From the NCBI GenBank assembly GCA_964019335.1, contig OZ025661.1, positions 62,001 through 126,000 of the forward strand: a DNA stretch of 64,000 bases, written 5' to 3'. The stretch is from Diplonema japonicum (Eukaryota; Protista; Euglenozoa: Diplonemea). The position numbers and the translations under genes were made by a program. The notes beneath the pieces are model-generated. The model saw only the letters and a program-made list of their open reading frames with translations, was not told the DNA's origin and searched no databases. This document shows positions 33,901 to 48,900 of this stretch, in pieces; the first letter of the stretch is position 1, and every line of letters starts with the position of its first letter.

Positions 33901-36900
33901 ATCGAGATTGAGGATAGCCATGTGCCCTTCCCTACTTGCCCCGCAATTTTGCAAGCTATGTACTTGGAGTCCAAGAACCCAGTTCCTAGAAGCGTGACGG
34001 CCTCTGTAGGAACTAACAAGCCCCTGTCTGGACTCACGCTGAACACAATAGGGAGGTTGATGTGCCGTATCGTGATACTGTTTTGGGTGAATCGTGTCGT
34101 GGAGCCGAAAGACACCTCGAGAGAAACATCTTGGCAGCTATCGTAGTTGGGCACCTTCGGTGCCCTGCATAGAATGGTCGTGTCATTGATGAAAGTGGCG
34201 CTTGTGCTGCCCGAGACGAGTACGTCACCAAACCTGCAGCTTGGTTGTAGGTTAGGGAACCCTCTGCCTTCGATGGTCACAATTGTTCCACCAGTGCCAT
34301 CGGCGAGGTTGGGTGTGACACTCTCTACATCATACAAGTTGAGCATGGCCACTTGCAGACGCGGCAGCTTCAACACAACGTACAGCACCCTGGAGCTCTG
34401 CTGCACGAGAGCCGCTACCGGAGCTTGGTAAGAACTCTCAACGTTTTCATAGTTCATGATCAACGATGGCCTTTCCGGCATCATCGTCCCTGCATGGAAC
34501 TTTCTGATCACACCAGGGGTGGAATTCCGCATCCCTATGTAGATATGCTCCCGTCGTCCGTTCACAATGCTCCCCGTGACTGCCCCGAGACTGGGGTTGT
34601 CCACCACCATAAACGCAATTCCCATCTGTTTCCCAACCCATTCTTCCTCTTCGACAAACGCGAATGCATATTGACTCGTCTGCTTGATGGACTCGAGAAA
34701 CACCCTCCCGATGGTAACACCTCTTGTGGACGTCGCCTGGTTGTAGGTTTGGATGGCGACGAAGAGCCACCCTTCGGTAGCGAAAGCTTGGGTGATCTCC
34801 TCACAAGGGACCTTGAAGCACATCCCAGGGGTGAAGGTGTAGACTGACCGGATGCTGTCCTGTGCTTCTTCATCGGCAGGAGCCCGTGCTACGCCTTCGA
34901 GGAAGTCTGTGGGTAGGAATATTTTACTGAGCTGTACTTGACCCTGAAGACTGCCCGTTAGGATGATATACGGGAAGTACTTGTCACTGTCGATAAACAG
35001 GATCCTGTGAACGACCTCGTAGCCGATAAGAGGGTACCGTGTGACGAGGGCCTGGTCTGCACCCACCACCCAGTCTGTCTCGTTGATGGGTATCTTCGTG
35101 ACGAAGTGCAATGCAGTGACGGTTGCATCCGAGGCATTGAAGACGGTGAGCAACATATACAACGCCTCGTGGTAGGTGTCTACTACCATGTCCACAACGT
35201 GTTGGCTCCATGTGTTTCCGTTGCTAGCAGTAGGAACGAAGTTTGTGACGACTTTGCTCGTGATGGCAGCCGTGCCTGTTTGGCTGCATTGTGCAGAGAA
35301 GCTCACCACGCTCGGAGCGCCTTTCACAACAAACGGCACTAAAGCGGATTTCCCATCACCCCGCAGCGCAACGTACAACGACGACTTGTGCAGCACCGCC
35401 CTTACGATGTCAACACCGTACCCTAACTTGGCGTACAAGCTGCATGTCGACACGTATGACCATGCTGTGATGTCGCTACTGGTGCACGCACGGCTCCATA
35501 GCGCAACATCCGCACCCGCCATGGCTATCAGGTATGTGTAGTCTGTACTGGTACACGAAGTGTCTGAAGAGTTCACCAGCATGATATCCCCCGTCAGGTG
35601 CTCGTATGCCTTTGTCGACCTGTCGGAAGCACCTACAATCAGGTTTCCTATCACGCTGAGGCGGTTCACCACCGTCGACACCTTCGTGTGGCATAGTATG
35701 CCCGTGTAGCCTGCCTTACACGCGTTGCACTCTTCGCCCTTCCAATACCCTTGCCTCTCATTCGCATAGCAGCTGCAGTCTCCTGTTGCACCGTCGCACA
35801 CGCCATTCATAGAGCATTGACAGTCTTGCTTGCACTCCGTGCCCCAGTACCCGTCAGCACAACGCTGGCACTTGACCCCAGCCCAGTATCCCTTAACATA
35901 GTCGGCATCGCAGGAGCAGATGCCACTGTCTGTACAGGTGCCGTGGTTACTGCAAGATGTTGCGGTGCACAAGGTCTGGCATTGCAAACCGTAGTAGTTT
36001 GTGTCGCATAAACAGGCGCCGCTGGTTTGACACTTTCCGTGGAACGAACACGTAGATGTGATGCAGTACTTGTTGCACTCGAGGCCGTAGTAGTCATTTA
36101 AACATGTCGAGCAATCGCCGCTGGAAGCGAGCACGTGGGCGGTTCGCGCTATCACGGCACTGTCGCTGAGCGGTGCCAAAGGCGCAAAAGTAGCTGGCGC
36201 ACTGGTAGCAGGTGCAGGTGTGGACTTCGCTATGTTTGAAAAAAAGCCATAAGTAGCGTCCGAGTAGCAGCTGCACTCCCCAGTGAGTTTCGAGCACCCA
36301 GAGCTGCCCAAGATGGAGCACGAGCAAGCGTGCTGGCAAGATTCACCCCAGTATCCGAATTCACACTCGTTGCAGTAGGTTCCCTGGATCGGGGTGTCGC
36401 AAATGCAGATGCTCTGGCACGTAGTCGTGGCATTGCAGTATACACCGTACATGGAGTTGCACTCTCCGTGGAGGCCGCATGTAGTGGCGTTGCAATGTCG
36501 TTCGCAGTACGTGCCGTAGTAGTCGGCATTGCATCGGCAGAGCCCTGTGCTAGTATCGCACACACCATGCATACACTCGCTGGGGTTTGCAGTGCAATGC
36601 CTGTACGTGTTGCAGTCTTTCCCTGCCCATCGCACCTGGCACTCGTTGCATAAGTCGCCCGCCCAGTGTCCTCTCACATCATCGTCAACACAAGGCCCTG
36701 TGTTCCCCACAACAAAGTTACCCTTTTCGACGTACCAAACACTCAGGTTGAACAAGGACCCCTTGTCAATGCACGTCACACGGATTGACATGTAGTCGTC
36801 AGTGTACCCTGTTATCCCTTGACACACGTCATTTGTCTGCGGGTACTTCTCTGGGTTGTAGCAATCCGGGCTCGCAAACCTCTCGCGATCCTCCCTGATA

Positions 36901-39900
36901 GGCAGCAGTATCTGACTCCTCGATCCCATAAAGTCACTGAACTGCCCTGTCTGCTTCTTCTTGCAGATGTATCCTGCTTTCTGGATGTTCCCGTACTCTG
37001 TACTGGACGCGGGTTCGTGATCGGTGATTGTATCACAGAAGGCAGGAATCCCTCTGATACCCCTCACGCTGTTCGTGGTGTCAAGAACCATCACAGTGCA
37101 TTGCCTAGCAGTAGAACCAGTGGACCATTTGTTGCTGCTGTGGGGGTTGTTTATCTTGCTATTGAAACTCAAGTCTGAGTATGCGCACCTCTCGCACTTC
37201 TTCTGAAGGCAGGCAAGGTCGTTCGGGAAGCAGTCTCGGTAATCGCGGCAGATGTTTTCGTTTTCTTCGCTTAGGACACAGCCAAAGATTGCTCCTTCTA
37301 CTTGAGGGCATGCACCTTCTTCCACAGACTCCGAGCCCATGAAGCGACTATCCATGATCCGGAGCCAGCCTGTCAAAGAAGGCGTGCCGTCGCAGGTACG
37401 TGAACACGGCGGCTCGCCGTGAGGTGGATTCCCTGATGGGCACTGGCAGTCCTCTTTAGCACAACGAGGAAGAGGGCATGTGGCAGGGTAGGCATCGTCG
37501 TAATCGTTGACCTCACGCTTCCCCGTGCACAGGGGGTGGATGACACTGTGTTTCAGCAAGAATCCTTCAAGATTAGCACTGAGTGGTGCCTTCAATCCTG
37601 TAGAGTCAGACGTGTGCATGAAAGAGTACTGAGGCTCGCACATCCCCTTCGTCGTGACAAGGCGGTAGTTCCACGGATCAGGCCCTTCTGCCTTCCTGGC
37701 CGCGACATCTATTGGGACATGGAATTTGTTCCAGAAGCACAACTTCGACACGTTCGCACTGTTCTGCAGAAACACCTCTCCTTTACTGTTGCACTCTGTC
37801 TCGTTCACAATGTTGTTGGACCCGTCCGAGTGGCAGGTTTTCTCCCAATTATTATTGCAGGCGCCTGAAGTCCATTCACAATGGGAAATCGCTTCGCAGC
37901 TCTGCTCTGTTGTCAGAGTGGTGCAATTGCTTTGCTTCTCTTGGTACATGTCGATCCACACCTTGTCGCCATGCGGGCAGGCCTCCGTGGACACGAGAGA
38001 CTTCTTCTTCCTGGCCTGCAGTAACAATCGTTCAAAGAACTCCAATTCGACTGTGTCGCCATTCAGACTGGCGAGGGTACCTCCGATGTCTTCGCAGGCT
38101 GCTTCCGCCTCTCGCATTGATAAGCATTTATCGGTCACTGCTTTATAGCAATTGCCGTCGTGAGAGGACCACCCGTCGCCGCAGATTGATGACACTGTCA
38201 CGGCAAGGTCACAGTCACCTGAGCCCTCAAGGGCGACGGAGTACGGAGAGAGTGTTGTGGTGCCCAATGCGTAGTACCGCGAGGAACCCAGAGACATAAC
38301 TTCTGGTGTGTTAGGCTTCTCAACCGTTACGACTCCTCGTGCGACACCGCTAAACACTTTGCAGTTGGACCCATGGTACCCCGTGATGCACTCTCCACAC
38401 AACTCGTCAGCAGACCAAAACCCCAGACTTGGGTGCATTGCACAATCGCACACCTCGGCGTCTGATGCGCAGAACCCATGTCCGTTGCAGCACCCTGTCA
38501 CGCCCTTTGCGACCACGTCCACAGTCACGCTCTCGTCTCCGCTTTCCAAGTAGAAGAACACGTAGTTCGACTCGCCTCGTGGCGCTACAACCTTGCACTC
38601 GCCCTGGGAAGCTGCGGGGTTCCACGAAGCATCTTCTGTGCACTGCTTAATAGTATCGTTTTGTGATGCGGCCCACTCCTCGTAGGAAGTGTACGAGCGC
38701 ACCACACCTGCCTCTCTGTAAGAGGGCAAGATACGTGCCTCGACGACACTGAGGTTCGCCATTGTGCTATCTTTAACTGTCAAGGAGATACCGAAAGCAG
38801 AGTAGGATAACATGAAGTAAGGGCCGATTGTAGCGAAACTGTACTGCTTCAGGCTGAACGAAAAGAAGCTTGAACTGAGAGGCGCGGCTTCGGTGCAGTT
38901 GTTGCCGTATAGCCCGTTGTCGAACAGGCACTGGTCGCACACTGTGCCGACGAAGCCATACTTGGCAGTGCCGTCAGCTTTTCGTGGGCATACGCACTTT
39001 TGCTCGATCTCGTCAAGCTCACCCCATAGGTAATCAGGCAGGTAGTCCAGCTCGCAAGTTAGTGTGCACGAGCTACCGAACCAACCATCCTTGCATTGGT
39101 CACACTGTGTACCATTCCAGTGCCCCAAGGTGGTCGTGTCGTCGCAGTTGCATTCACCAGTGCGTACCCGAGGCCGTGCGTCAGCACAAAGGTCAGGCAC
39201 CACTTCGCGGCATCTTCCCAAACCGGATGATGTCTTTACACAGTTCAGCCCAGGTGCACATTTGCAGGTACTTTGGATATCCGGATACGAGTTGGCCCCA
39301 CACCCTCCCGAGCCAGAGGGAGAGTCGCACCCCGCAACTGATCCCACACCTTCCACGCACACTTTGTACTTGAAATCACACGTGTATCCCGGTGAACACC
39401 TGCAATGCCCATTCATCAAAACGGAGTTGGCTGTGCAAACACAGTCCGCACACACATCATTGCACCCAGTGGAGGTATCTCCTGTGGCTGATGCACACAA
39501 AAAGTTGTTACAAGTGTATCCTGGGCGGCACTGGCATGTCTTTGTCACGGGATCAGGATAGATGATGGAAGTAGGCCCGTAGCAATGTGACTCGCACTCG
39601 CCCGAGTTTGAGGAGCAGTCAAAGCCCCACCTGCAGTAGCACCCCCATGAATCAAACAGTTTGAAAGGGAAGGCGTTCAGGTAGTCTGCGCACTCGCCTC
39701 CAGGTTTCACTTCGTAGCCAGTGTTCACAACCTCAATCGAAAGTCCGTCTACTGAAAACATCCCGTTACACCACCCGTTGCCTATACCTTCAGTGCATTC
39801 ACCACCTTTGCAATTGTAGCCTATCTCACAGAAACAATGTGTGCCGTCTCGCACGGCATTAGAGGTGCATGTGAGATCTGGGGCCGCTTCTTCGTTACAT

Positions 39901-42900
39901 TCGCCACTCCCTGTGGGAGGGTGGCACAGCCCATCATCCTTGTTCCCAAGGTAACCACAATAGTATCCGTCCTTGCACGTGCAAAGAGTCCCATTGATGT
40001 TGGCATTGGCCACACATGTGCCCTGCTTTGACGGTGCTTGACCGCAGTACCCAATGCTGAAGTCACTCCGTATGCAATACCCTGTGGCGGCATTGCACGT
40101 GGATCCTGCGATGCACTGGCAGACACCCCCACCGTCGACGTGTGTGCCGTTAGAGAAGCAGTGCTCACCGCATGTAGCAGGCTGACCGCATCTAGCATCC
40201 GTGGCATTAACGCACCACACGAATGGAGGAGTTGTGCTAGTCTCTGATGGCTGACAGCTCCCCATGACACACGCGAAAGACGGGTTGCACCTGCACAGCG
40301 ACCCTGAAAAGGTCGCGTTACCACCGCACTCGCAATACGCGTCGAGAACGTGGTCACACTTATTCTGGCACATTCCTGTGCACATGCCTGTTTTCACGTT
40401 GCAGTCGGGGATGTCCTGGCACTCACATAAGTACCCTTGGACAGTGGCAGTGGGGTCTAGACACGGGGCCGCTCCCGGAACAGGGAAAGAGTTGCACCAC
40501 CCACTGCCAGGCGTAACTGAGATACAAGTGCCATCTGCTTGACACATCTCAACCCCCCCCACGCAGTGGCAGAACCCGTCTTGGATATAAGCCCCAGGGT
40601 CAACACACGTGTTCATGAGTGCCTCCGAGTTACACATTCCAGGGAGGTTGGGTACCGGCGTCTGGTAATGCGTCCCAGAGGGAGCATGTGAATCTCCGGT
40701 GTAGTAAGGCGCAGCACTGTGAGCGCCGTACGGGCCGGATGTTTGTGATCCATAAGGCGCACTGGAAGAATACCCATACGGGCTATTTGTGGTGCCCGGG
40801 TAGTAGTAAGGACTGTTCGTGGTACCAGGGTAATAATAAGGACTATTCGTGGTGCCTGGATAGTAATACGGGCTGTTCGTGGTCCCAGGATAGTAATAAG
40901 GACTATTCGTGGTGCCTGGATAGTAGTACGGGCTGTTCGTGGTCCCAGGATAGTAATAAGGACTATTCGTGGTACCAGGATAGTAATAAGGACTATTCGT
41001 GGTGCCTGGATAGTAATAAGGACTATTCGTGGTACTAGGATAATAGTAAGGACTGTTCGTGGTGCCTGGATAATAATAAGGACTATTCGTAGTTCCAGGA
41101 TAGTAATAAGGACTATTCGTAGTCCCCGGGTAGTGATAAGGACTATTCGTGGTGCCTGGGAAATGATAAGGTGTGCTTGTGGGGCTACTTGTTGTCCCCG
41201 GGAAGTAGTAGGGGGTCATGGTTGGCACAGCAGTGGTACCACTTGTGTAAGGACTAGAAGTCGTTGTGTAAAATGGGGCAGTGGTGTACCACGGAGAGGT
41301 TGTAGGAAAAACATAGGGCGCAGAAGTTGGGGGCGAAGTGGGCATCGCGGTGGGCATTGCAGTAGGAACAGCTGTGGCGGTCTGCAAAACCTCAGCTTCC
41401 CGCAGGCAAAAAGCCTCTTTACAAGTGTGCCCAGCAACACACTCACATTTGTCGTTGGCAACTGTCATGTGTTCTCCACACTTGCCGCTCAAAGGAGGGT
41501 ACCCGCACCCTCTCACCCTAGCACAACGGCCGCTTATGCACACTGTTGGGAACAGGCACTTGCACACACCAAACAACAGCTGCATCTTGTCACCGCAGCC
41601 ACCAGTTGCCTTCACATCGCACCTCGGTGCTTCTAACGTGCTTACCATCCTGCCAGACGTTGGCATTCCACACACGCCCTTAGACAGGTCTTCCTTGCAC
41701 ACGCCGCCCAAAAACGGGCAGCTATACCCCTTTGGGCATCTACACACAACTATGTCATCGTCTGTCGATGACGGTGTCGCGATGGCAGGCTCCATGCAGT
41801 ACCCTGTGCCCACCCGTTCGTTGCACATTGCAGGGCCAGTCTTACGGGGCGGCGGCAGTCCTGAACCAGCGGCGTGGAGCACAATGCAAGTCTCAAAATG
41901 CGCTGGCTTCGTCATTCTTGGCAGCTTAGTCGCATCCCCGTCGAGGTAGATGTCGTCCCATGCTTTTGCTGCAACCTCAGGTAATTTCACTCCGGCAGCT
42001 GTGTGTATGACACATTCTTTGTCAGTCAGGGTAGCAGCAAGACCCGACGTGAGTTCCAAGACATTCATGCACTGTTGTGTATAGTCTTTGGGCATCGAGT
42101 CCTCTGGGAATTGCAAAGTGTACGAATTGTAGGTTGTGTCCTTTTCCGAAGAACACTTGCCCCTCCCCACCACATGCCCTGCCCCACTGCATAGACACGT
42201 GAATTCAGCTGTACATTCCTTTGATTCAGATTGCTCAAGGATATTGTGGTACACTGCGTTGCCTGCCACTACACAGTTTGCTGGAACACCGGCTATTACC
42301 AAAAGAGACGACGGCTGACCTAAGAACTTCCGTTCCATCACCTTCGCCCATGCGATGCATTCGTACAAAGAGATAGACCGCATGCCATGGTCAGCACAGC
42401 TACCAGATTGTACTTCTGCAGGTCGTACATCACGCCTACGCTGCCACTGCGACCCCCCACCACTGAATACTCCTTCTGAAACCCATTTGCCGTCTGTCTC
42501 GCGTTCTAGCAACAATGTCTCCGACTGCTCATCTGGGTCTCTCGACTGGCCAATCCGCATGCACATAACCTCTGCAGGAGTGGTGAACGTGTATCCCACG
42601 TAATCAGATAAGTACATTGATCGCACGTTAGGACTCCACTTCTCTTCAGTGCATTCATATCCAGCTGTATCTATGAAAACCATGTCTGATAGGACTTCAG
42701 GCCTAGGAGCACACTTCTGCGGTACACCACCCCACGATGAGACAATTAAAGGGCCATATGAACCAACCGTGCAGCATTTGCACCAGTGCGAGACGGGTAC
42801 ATTATGTGCAGTCCCAGGGATATTTGTTGCGCACTGTTCCTCGGTTTTCAGTTGCTGGCAGTTCGAGGACGTGACATTAGTGAAAGGCCAGTAATCGTCG

Positions 42901-45900
42901 TCGCAGGCCCTCGGCTGGGGACCAAGAGCGTTGGTATCCAGGTAGTTAGTGAGGTCCAAGGTGCAACCAGGGTCACCATAGAAGCGGAGCTCACTAACAA
43001 CCCACTGGCGCGGGACGGGTTGCGCGTTCAGCACACGCCATCGTGTAGACTTCGTGGTGTAGCTATTCATATTTGTGGCACACAAACACTCTACAGTGTG
43101 GCACTGGTCGACACCAGTCTGTTCATTGAACGCCCACACGCCATTCAGCACAAGGCAGCCCTTCGGATAGCTAACTGCAATTGCCTGAGGTATCGTCACC
43201 TTCGCCCCGGCTAACAACTTGTTGTATTGAAGCACTGCCTTCTTACATTGGGCAGCAGTAGTGATGTGGTACGAGTTCACAGTTTTACACGAACCAGTGG
43301 TGATCGACGAGTACGGCTGCTGGATGAATTTAAATGTCCTCACAAACGGCAAGCATGACGAACACGTGGCCCTGCAGTACTCCTTCACAAGGCCATTCTC
43401 GGGGAACCATCTAAAGACAGCCCTGATGGGTTCGTTGCATCTTTCAGTTAGCTCAGAGCATGCGAGCCCATGACTAGCGAGCTCGTCGTCAGCATCTAAA
43501 CAATCTTCAAGCATGCTTCTCTGCGGTGGTGCTGGGCCAAGGTTATTCAATGTGCAGTCCATCACGTAGCATATGCTGATGTCAGGGAGCCAGTTGAAGT
43601 GGGTGCAAGTCCATTCGCGCTTGCATGCTTCTCTGCACATAACGTACGAGGTGTCCACCTTAACAACAAGTATAGAGCAATTGTTCTCCGAAATGGTGTC
43701 CACCTCCCATGAGAGCCCGTCGTAGCTTGGCGGCAGCCTGCAGACACACTCGAACCCTTCACAGTTCTTCTTATCAGAATTGATGTTGAAGAGCACCCCG
43801 TCGCCTCCAACGTAGCATCCGATTGGTCCGCTGGCCGTCCCATTGCCCATGAAGATACGCATTTCAGAGGCGTACGCGGCGCACTCTTCTTGGGTGAGTG
43901 TATAAGAGCCACGTTCCTGGCATGTGCCATGGTGTATGTGCTCTGTCTGCAAGGGTGCGTGGGTGCGGAGAATGCACTTCCCACCGCAAGGGAACTGAGC
44001 AAAGCTGGACTCGGGGTTCACATTGAAAATCACCATGGTGCCTTGCATAACGCACCCAGACGGCCGCGTGGCATCGTGATGCGTGCTGCCATCGTACCAA
44101 AGCCCTAGTGTGCCGGCAGCAACGGCGCACTCAGCATCCGACGCGACCCTGGACGTGATTCCACCGATGCTCCACCCGGAGACGGTGTCCACCTTGTAGC
44201 TGTCATCGATTGATTTTGCGCACTTGTATTCGAACTCGATGGAAGTGCCTGTTGTGCTGTTGACGAAGATGTGCACCGCCACGTTCCCTGGTATTCTCGA
44301 GACATAGTCGTTGCCCTCCAAACACATCCTGGCTACCACACCCTTCGCATCGTGGAACTCCACATGGCCGCAAGAACAGCCTGCACACGATGTCATCTTG
44401 AAGCCGTGCCAGTCGATGAGGAGGGTCCCGACCAAACACGAGAAGAAGAAGCACTCCGATGTTGGGGTGGCGGACTCGAACAAGAATGTCCCGTTCCCGT
44501 GGTGGCGCTTCGTGTAATCTTCGGGAGCGCACGGGTTGCGCAACTGAGGCACACACTCCCAATCGAGGTCGAAGCCGGCACCTTTGCCTTCCTGCGACTG
44601 GAACTTCACGAATACATCTCCTGGAGTTTGCAACACCAGCGGTGCTGGGATATCATTCCCGCATATCATGCTATGGGGCTCCCCGTCGAGCTTCCACTCA
44701 AAGATGTTCCCTGCTGAATCGAACACTTCAATGAAGTTGCATTGGCACCACTGGCAGGGGAGAAGCTCTAAGTACAGGAAATTGAGTCTGATATTCCCCT
44801 CTGGGCACCTGATTCTGTGACACTCATCGACGAACTGGGTTACGATAGAATTCGGGTCATTCCCTTGCCACTGGATCAGCCGCCCGCCAGTCTCCTCTTG
44901 GACATGTCTCGATGGCGCCACGATGTCGGACGTGAGATCCGAGCACTGCGGGGGGTGCTTGTGTTGGTAGCAACCCCATATCAATTCGTAGCCGCTCCCC
45001 GACAAAGGGGGGCGAGGTGGGCCGCTGGAGAACTGCAAAACGACATCAGCACCTGATGGGAAGTCAATAACCTGGTATTCCGGAAGGACCTTCCTGCCGC
45101 ACATAGTAACTACAGTGTTGCCGCTTGGGGTGCTGGTGGTTGCGGGGCTTTCATAATGGATCTTCAGGCAGTCGCATCTGCAGTCGTTTGGTGCGGTCAC
45201 AGAACAAGGTGCGATGTCCATTTTCTTCCACCACAACCTGATGCTCCCCAAACACTGTAGGTAACGGCAGTCAGTCGTGTTTGGGGAGTACGTCGTCCTC
45301 GAAGGAGGGTACTTCACATTACGCGACACGACGCGCGAGTACTGTCCGTTGCACTCGTGCACGTTCACGCTCGTTGAATTCACGTCTTTCATCTGGATCA
45401 CAACCTCCTGCAGCTGTTGGTTCAACGACCACGAGTAACCGTAGTTCGGGAAGCAACCACCAAGAGAGTTCACCAAATCGTGCTGTGAGTTTTGTGCATT
45501 AATGACAACAGACACCAGTGTGTCCGAGACTTCGATGGCTCCGATGTTGCTCGTCTCAGACTCTCCTAAATTCCACGGATACGAACCTGTCCAGCTGTGC
45601 ACACCAAGATAGGACACACAGCTGTCCACAGCCTGCCCTACTGTGAAGTTGGCGTCACGTGAAGGCGTGTAGTACCTCATTTTCAGCAGGATGTACCGTT
45701 GCCAGGCAAGCCCGCAGTATGGGAGCACCCCGTGCAACCTGCCATGAGGATCGCAGTAGAACATGCTCTGGGGCCCAGCATACCCGTAGCTGCACGATAC
45801 TTGACACGTCTGGTCGATCCCAACGTGAATGCACTGCGTCTCGTCGTACTCCCTTCCCATCTCGTACATGGAGCACGAAGTGGGAGGGGAAGGCGTCCAT

Positions 45901-48900
45901 GGGTCACCCCCCCCCGGTCCATGTCCATGCCCCCCTGTTCCATTCCCCCCTGTTCCATTTCCGCCTGTGCTGTTCCCGCCCGTTGTGTAATTCACATCCT
46001 CAGGAGTTGCATACACTGATGGAGATATTGTGTCAGGTGTGTAGACAGGAGACGAAGGGGGCGGGCTAGCAGTTTCATTTGTGCTGTTGTCCGTTTCATT
46101 TACAGCAAGAACAGTGACGGTCGGGTTAGTACTACTGGTATTCTCACTTGTGTTGTCGGTTTCATTTACAGCAGTAGGAGTAACAGTCACATTTGTGCTG
46201 TTGTCGGTTTCATTTACAGCAGTAGGAGTAACAGTCACATTTGTGCTGTTGTCGGTTTCATTTACAGCAGTAAGGGTAACGGTCACATTTGTGCTGTTGT
46301 CTGCAAGCAAGACGGCCTCGCGGCTGTTGAACTGGTGCTCCACGTTATGCTGTTTGTAGCTCTGTGGAGGAGAACAAGGGTATGTCACAAACTGCCAGCT
46401 GACGTACGGCTCCGTGCTATAGTCGAGGTTGATGAGTGCCACAGTGCCGTTGACGCGTCCAACCAGCTTCCCGCTTGTGGTCAAGGTCACTCTGTCACCG
46501 CTGAGGAAGTACTGATAAAGAATACTTGTATCCTGCAAACAGAACCCACTTTCACATAGGGAGAGATATCTTGTTGTCCCACACGCAACAAAGCCGATTT
46601 TACCGGGAGCGGACTTAACTTCGAAGTGCTTCACACCCGATACGACAACCTGCCATGCGTCGGTGAGGGACCTGAGGCCGGTGCAGCGTGCTTGCCGAGG
46701 GATGACCGGCAAGGGGTCACACAGAAGAGAAGGGCATCGCTTCGAAGCCCAACCAAAGTAGTCCACCGGCAAGGTACCACACAAAGCAGCGTTTGGCAGG
46801 CACAGCAGGTCGTCAGTAGCGACGTCGATATCAGAAGCATTGCGCCAGTGTGCGCCAGCACCTTTTAAATACACAGATATATCAAAGATGTAGTCTTCTT
46901 GACTTCGAGGCGGGAGGTGCAAGGTTGCCTTCACATTCTGTGGCTTGTTCAGAACTGCCTTCATCGTTTCAAGAGGGTGCACAACACCCAAGGCGGCATG
47001 GACAACAACACCGGTGAGTGGACGCAGCACTCTAAGAGCTTCATAGCCGTGCATGTTGATGAGGACCATGAAGGGGCCCGCGTGCGCGTTAAGCATGCGC
47101 ATCATGTCTACAGGAGGCTCTTCCTTCATAGCAATGACCCACAGCACATCTACTCCAAGGGACTGCTCTTGGATGCACAGCTTACGAAGTGCGTCGCTCT
47201 CGTCCGTGTACTGCGTCAGCACGAAGACTCCTCGCAGCACCAGAGTACCTACGGTGATAATCTCAGTACCAATCTTCTCCATCACAACGCCAGCAGGGGA
47301 GACTTCCTTAAGGCAAATCTTTAGCATCAACGCCCCAGGCTGTTCAGGTGTGCACGGTGAGGGTTCAATACGAGCGTGTTCATCATGCAGGAAGGCAGCG
47401 AGTCCATTGGTTTTGATGCGGCCACCCAAGTCAGTCCCCAATGTACACCTCTCGTGCTGCAGTAACAGCGTGCTCTTTCGTTGGCAAAGGTAGCGGTTGC
47501 CGACCTTTGCCACAATGTTTGAAGCGTCACGTGTGATGCTGAAGTGCAACGGCGCTCGGTGCTGGCCAGTGGCTACATAGCTGTCAGTTGATACGACACC
47601 ACAGACACCTTCGACTTCTCGTGGGAATATTGCAAGTGGCGCTTGGTGTGCCACTGGCAACAATGGCACCCACGTCGTGCCGCACAGCGACACATTCCTG
47701 AACAGCGACTGCTCCACGACCCCAACGTAGTCCACTTGAAAACGGCAGGATGCGAGTGCATTGTGTACAAGTGTTGCGTATTTGAAGGTCGAGTCCATTG
47801 TCACAACTACCTTTTTGAACGAGTGAAGCTGTGCCAAGACAGCATCGATTTCATCTGTGTCGCAGTCTTGCATCACATGCACCTTGATACCCTTCCACTT
47901 GTAGTAGTCAAGAAGCTCGACCGTTCTGCGCATGTTTCTGTACATCAAAACGATCAGACACGTCTCGGCAGAGCCCCCCAAGTGCAACCCTTCGCTGCCT
48001 GGCCTTGGTGTCTCGATTATGTCACGCAACCGTGAGCCTTCAAGAGGCTCAATGTCTACTGCAAGGTTGATGCATCCATTATGCTGCATAAAGTCTCTGA
48101 CCTGCCGCACGGTAATCCGCGCCGGTGCAGGTGTTTCCTCGAGTAGTTCAACAAGCTCGTTGTTCAAGTCGAGCAACTGGTTGTGCACAGTCCTCTTGCG
48201 GGCGTAGACTGTCTGCAGTTCCTTTACATCATCGTGACCTAAAGCCTCACGCTGCGCATCTAATACGGAAGCCTCTCTCATCAGCAGATCCTGCTGCCGC
48301 ATTAAGATACTCTTCCTGTCTCCCAATGATGCTCTTTGTAGCGATGCCGTGCTTGCTACGTCTTCGCCTGTTCCTGTGCAGATACCATGCTCGCCACATG
48401 TGTAGGTGCATTTCTCTTCGTAGTAGATGGCAAGTGAGTACTCAACGGACGACGAGGGCCTCAGGACTATGTTGAATGTCCCTTTTACTTGGCTTTCTAC
48501 AGACGGCATGAATGTGGTGCATGATGCGGTGCGTTCAAAGGAAGTCACAAGGAGCTTGCATCCCGCCCTTGCAGATGTGTACTCATGGAAACTAGTGGGA
48601 TCACCTGTGAGCAGCTCGATGGTTCCATCTCCCGACGTCATCTCCAAAGTGATGTCAACTTCACTGCACATCTCGAACGTAAAGGGACCTAGCACAGTTT
48701 GTTCCTCCAGCTTCCCATAGTAGGGCCTCCTTGTGCGGACCCTTTCCATGCACTTCCCCTGCGTGCCATCCATCCACCCCTCGGCACACTTGTCACACAT
48801 TTCCCCTTGCCATGAGCCCTTCGCGCGGTCCAGCTGCGTGTCCTGACCATAACATGCGCAGAAGCAGGCACCTGACAAGTCGCCTGGGGCGCAGATCACG

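Noticed and set aside
39160-48365. The ~9.2-kb insert in the giant gene as an intron, intein or nested mobile element
   Set aside because: No GT/AG at the junctions, no intein terminal motifs, no transposase or RT; it encodes ordinary extracellular modules.
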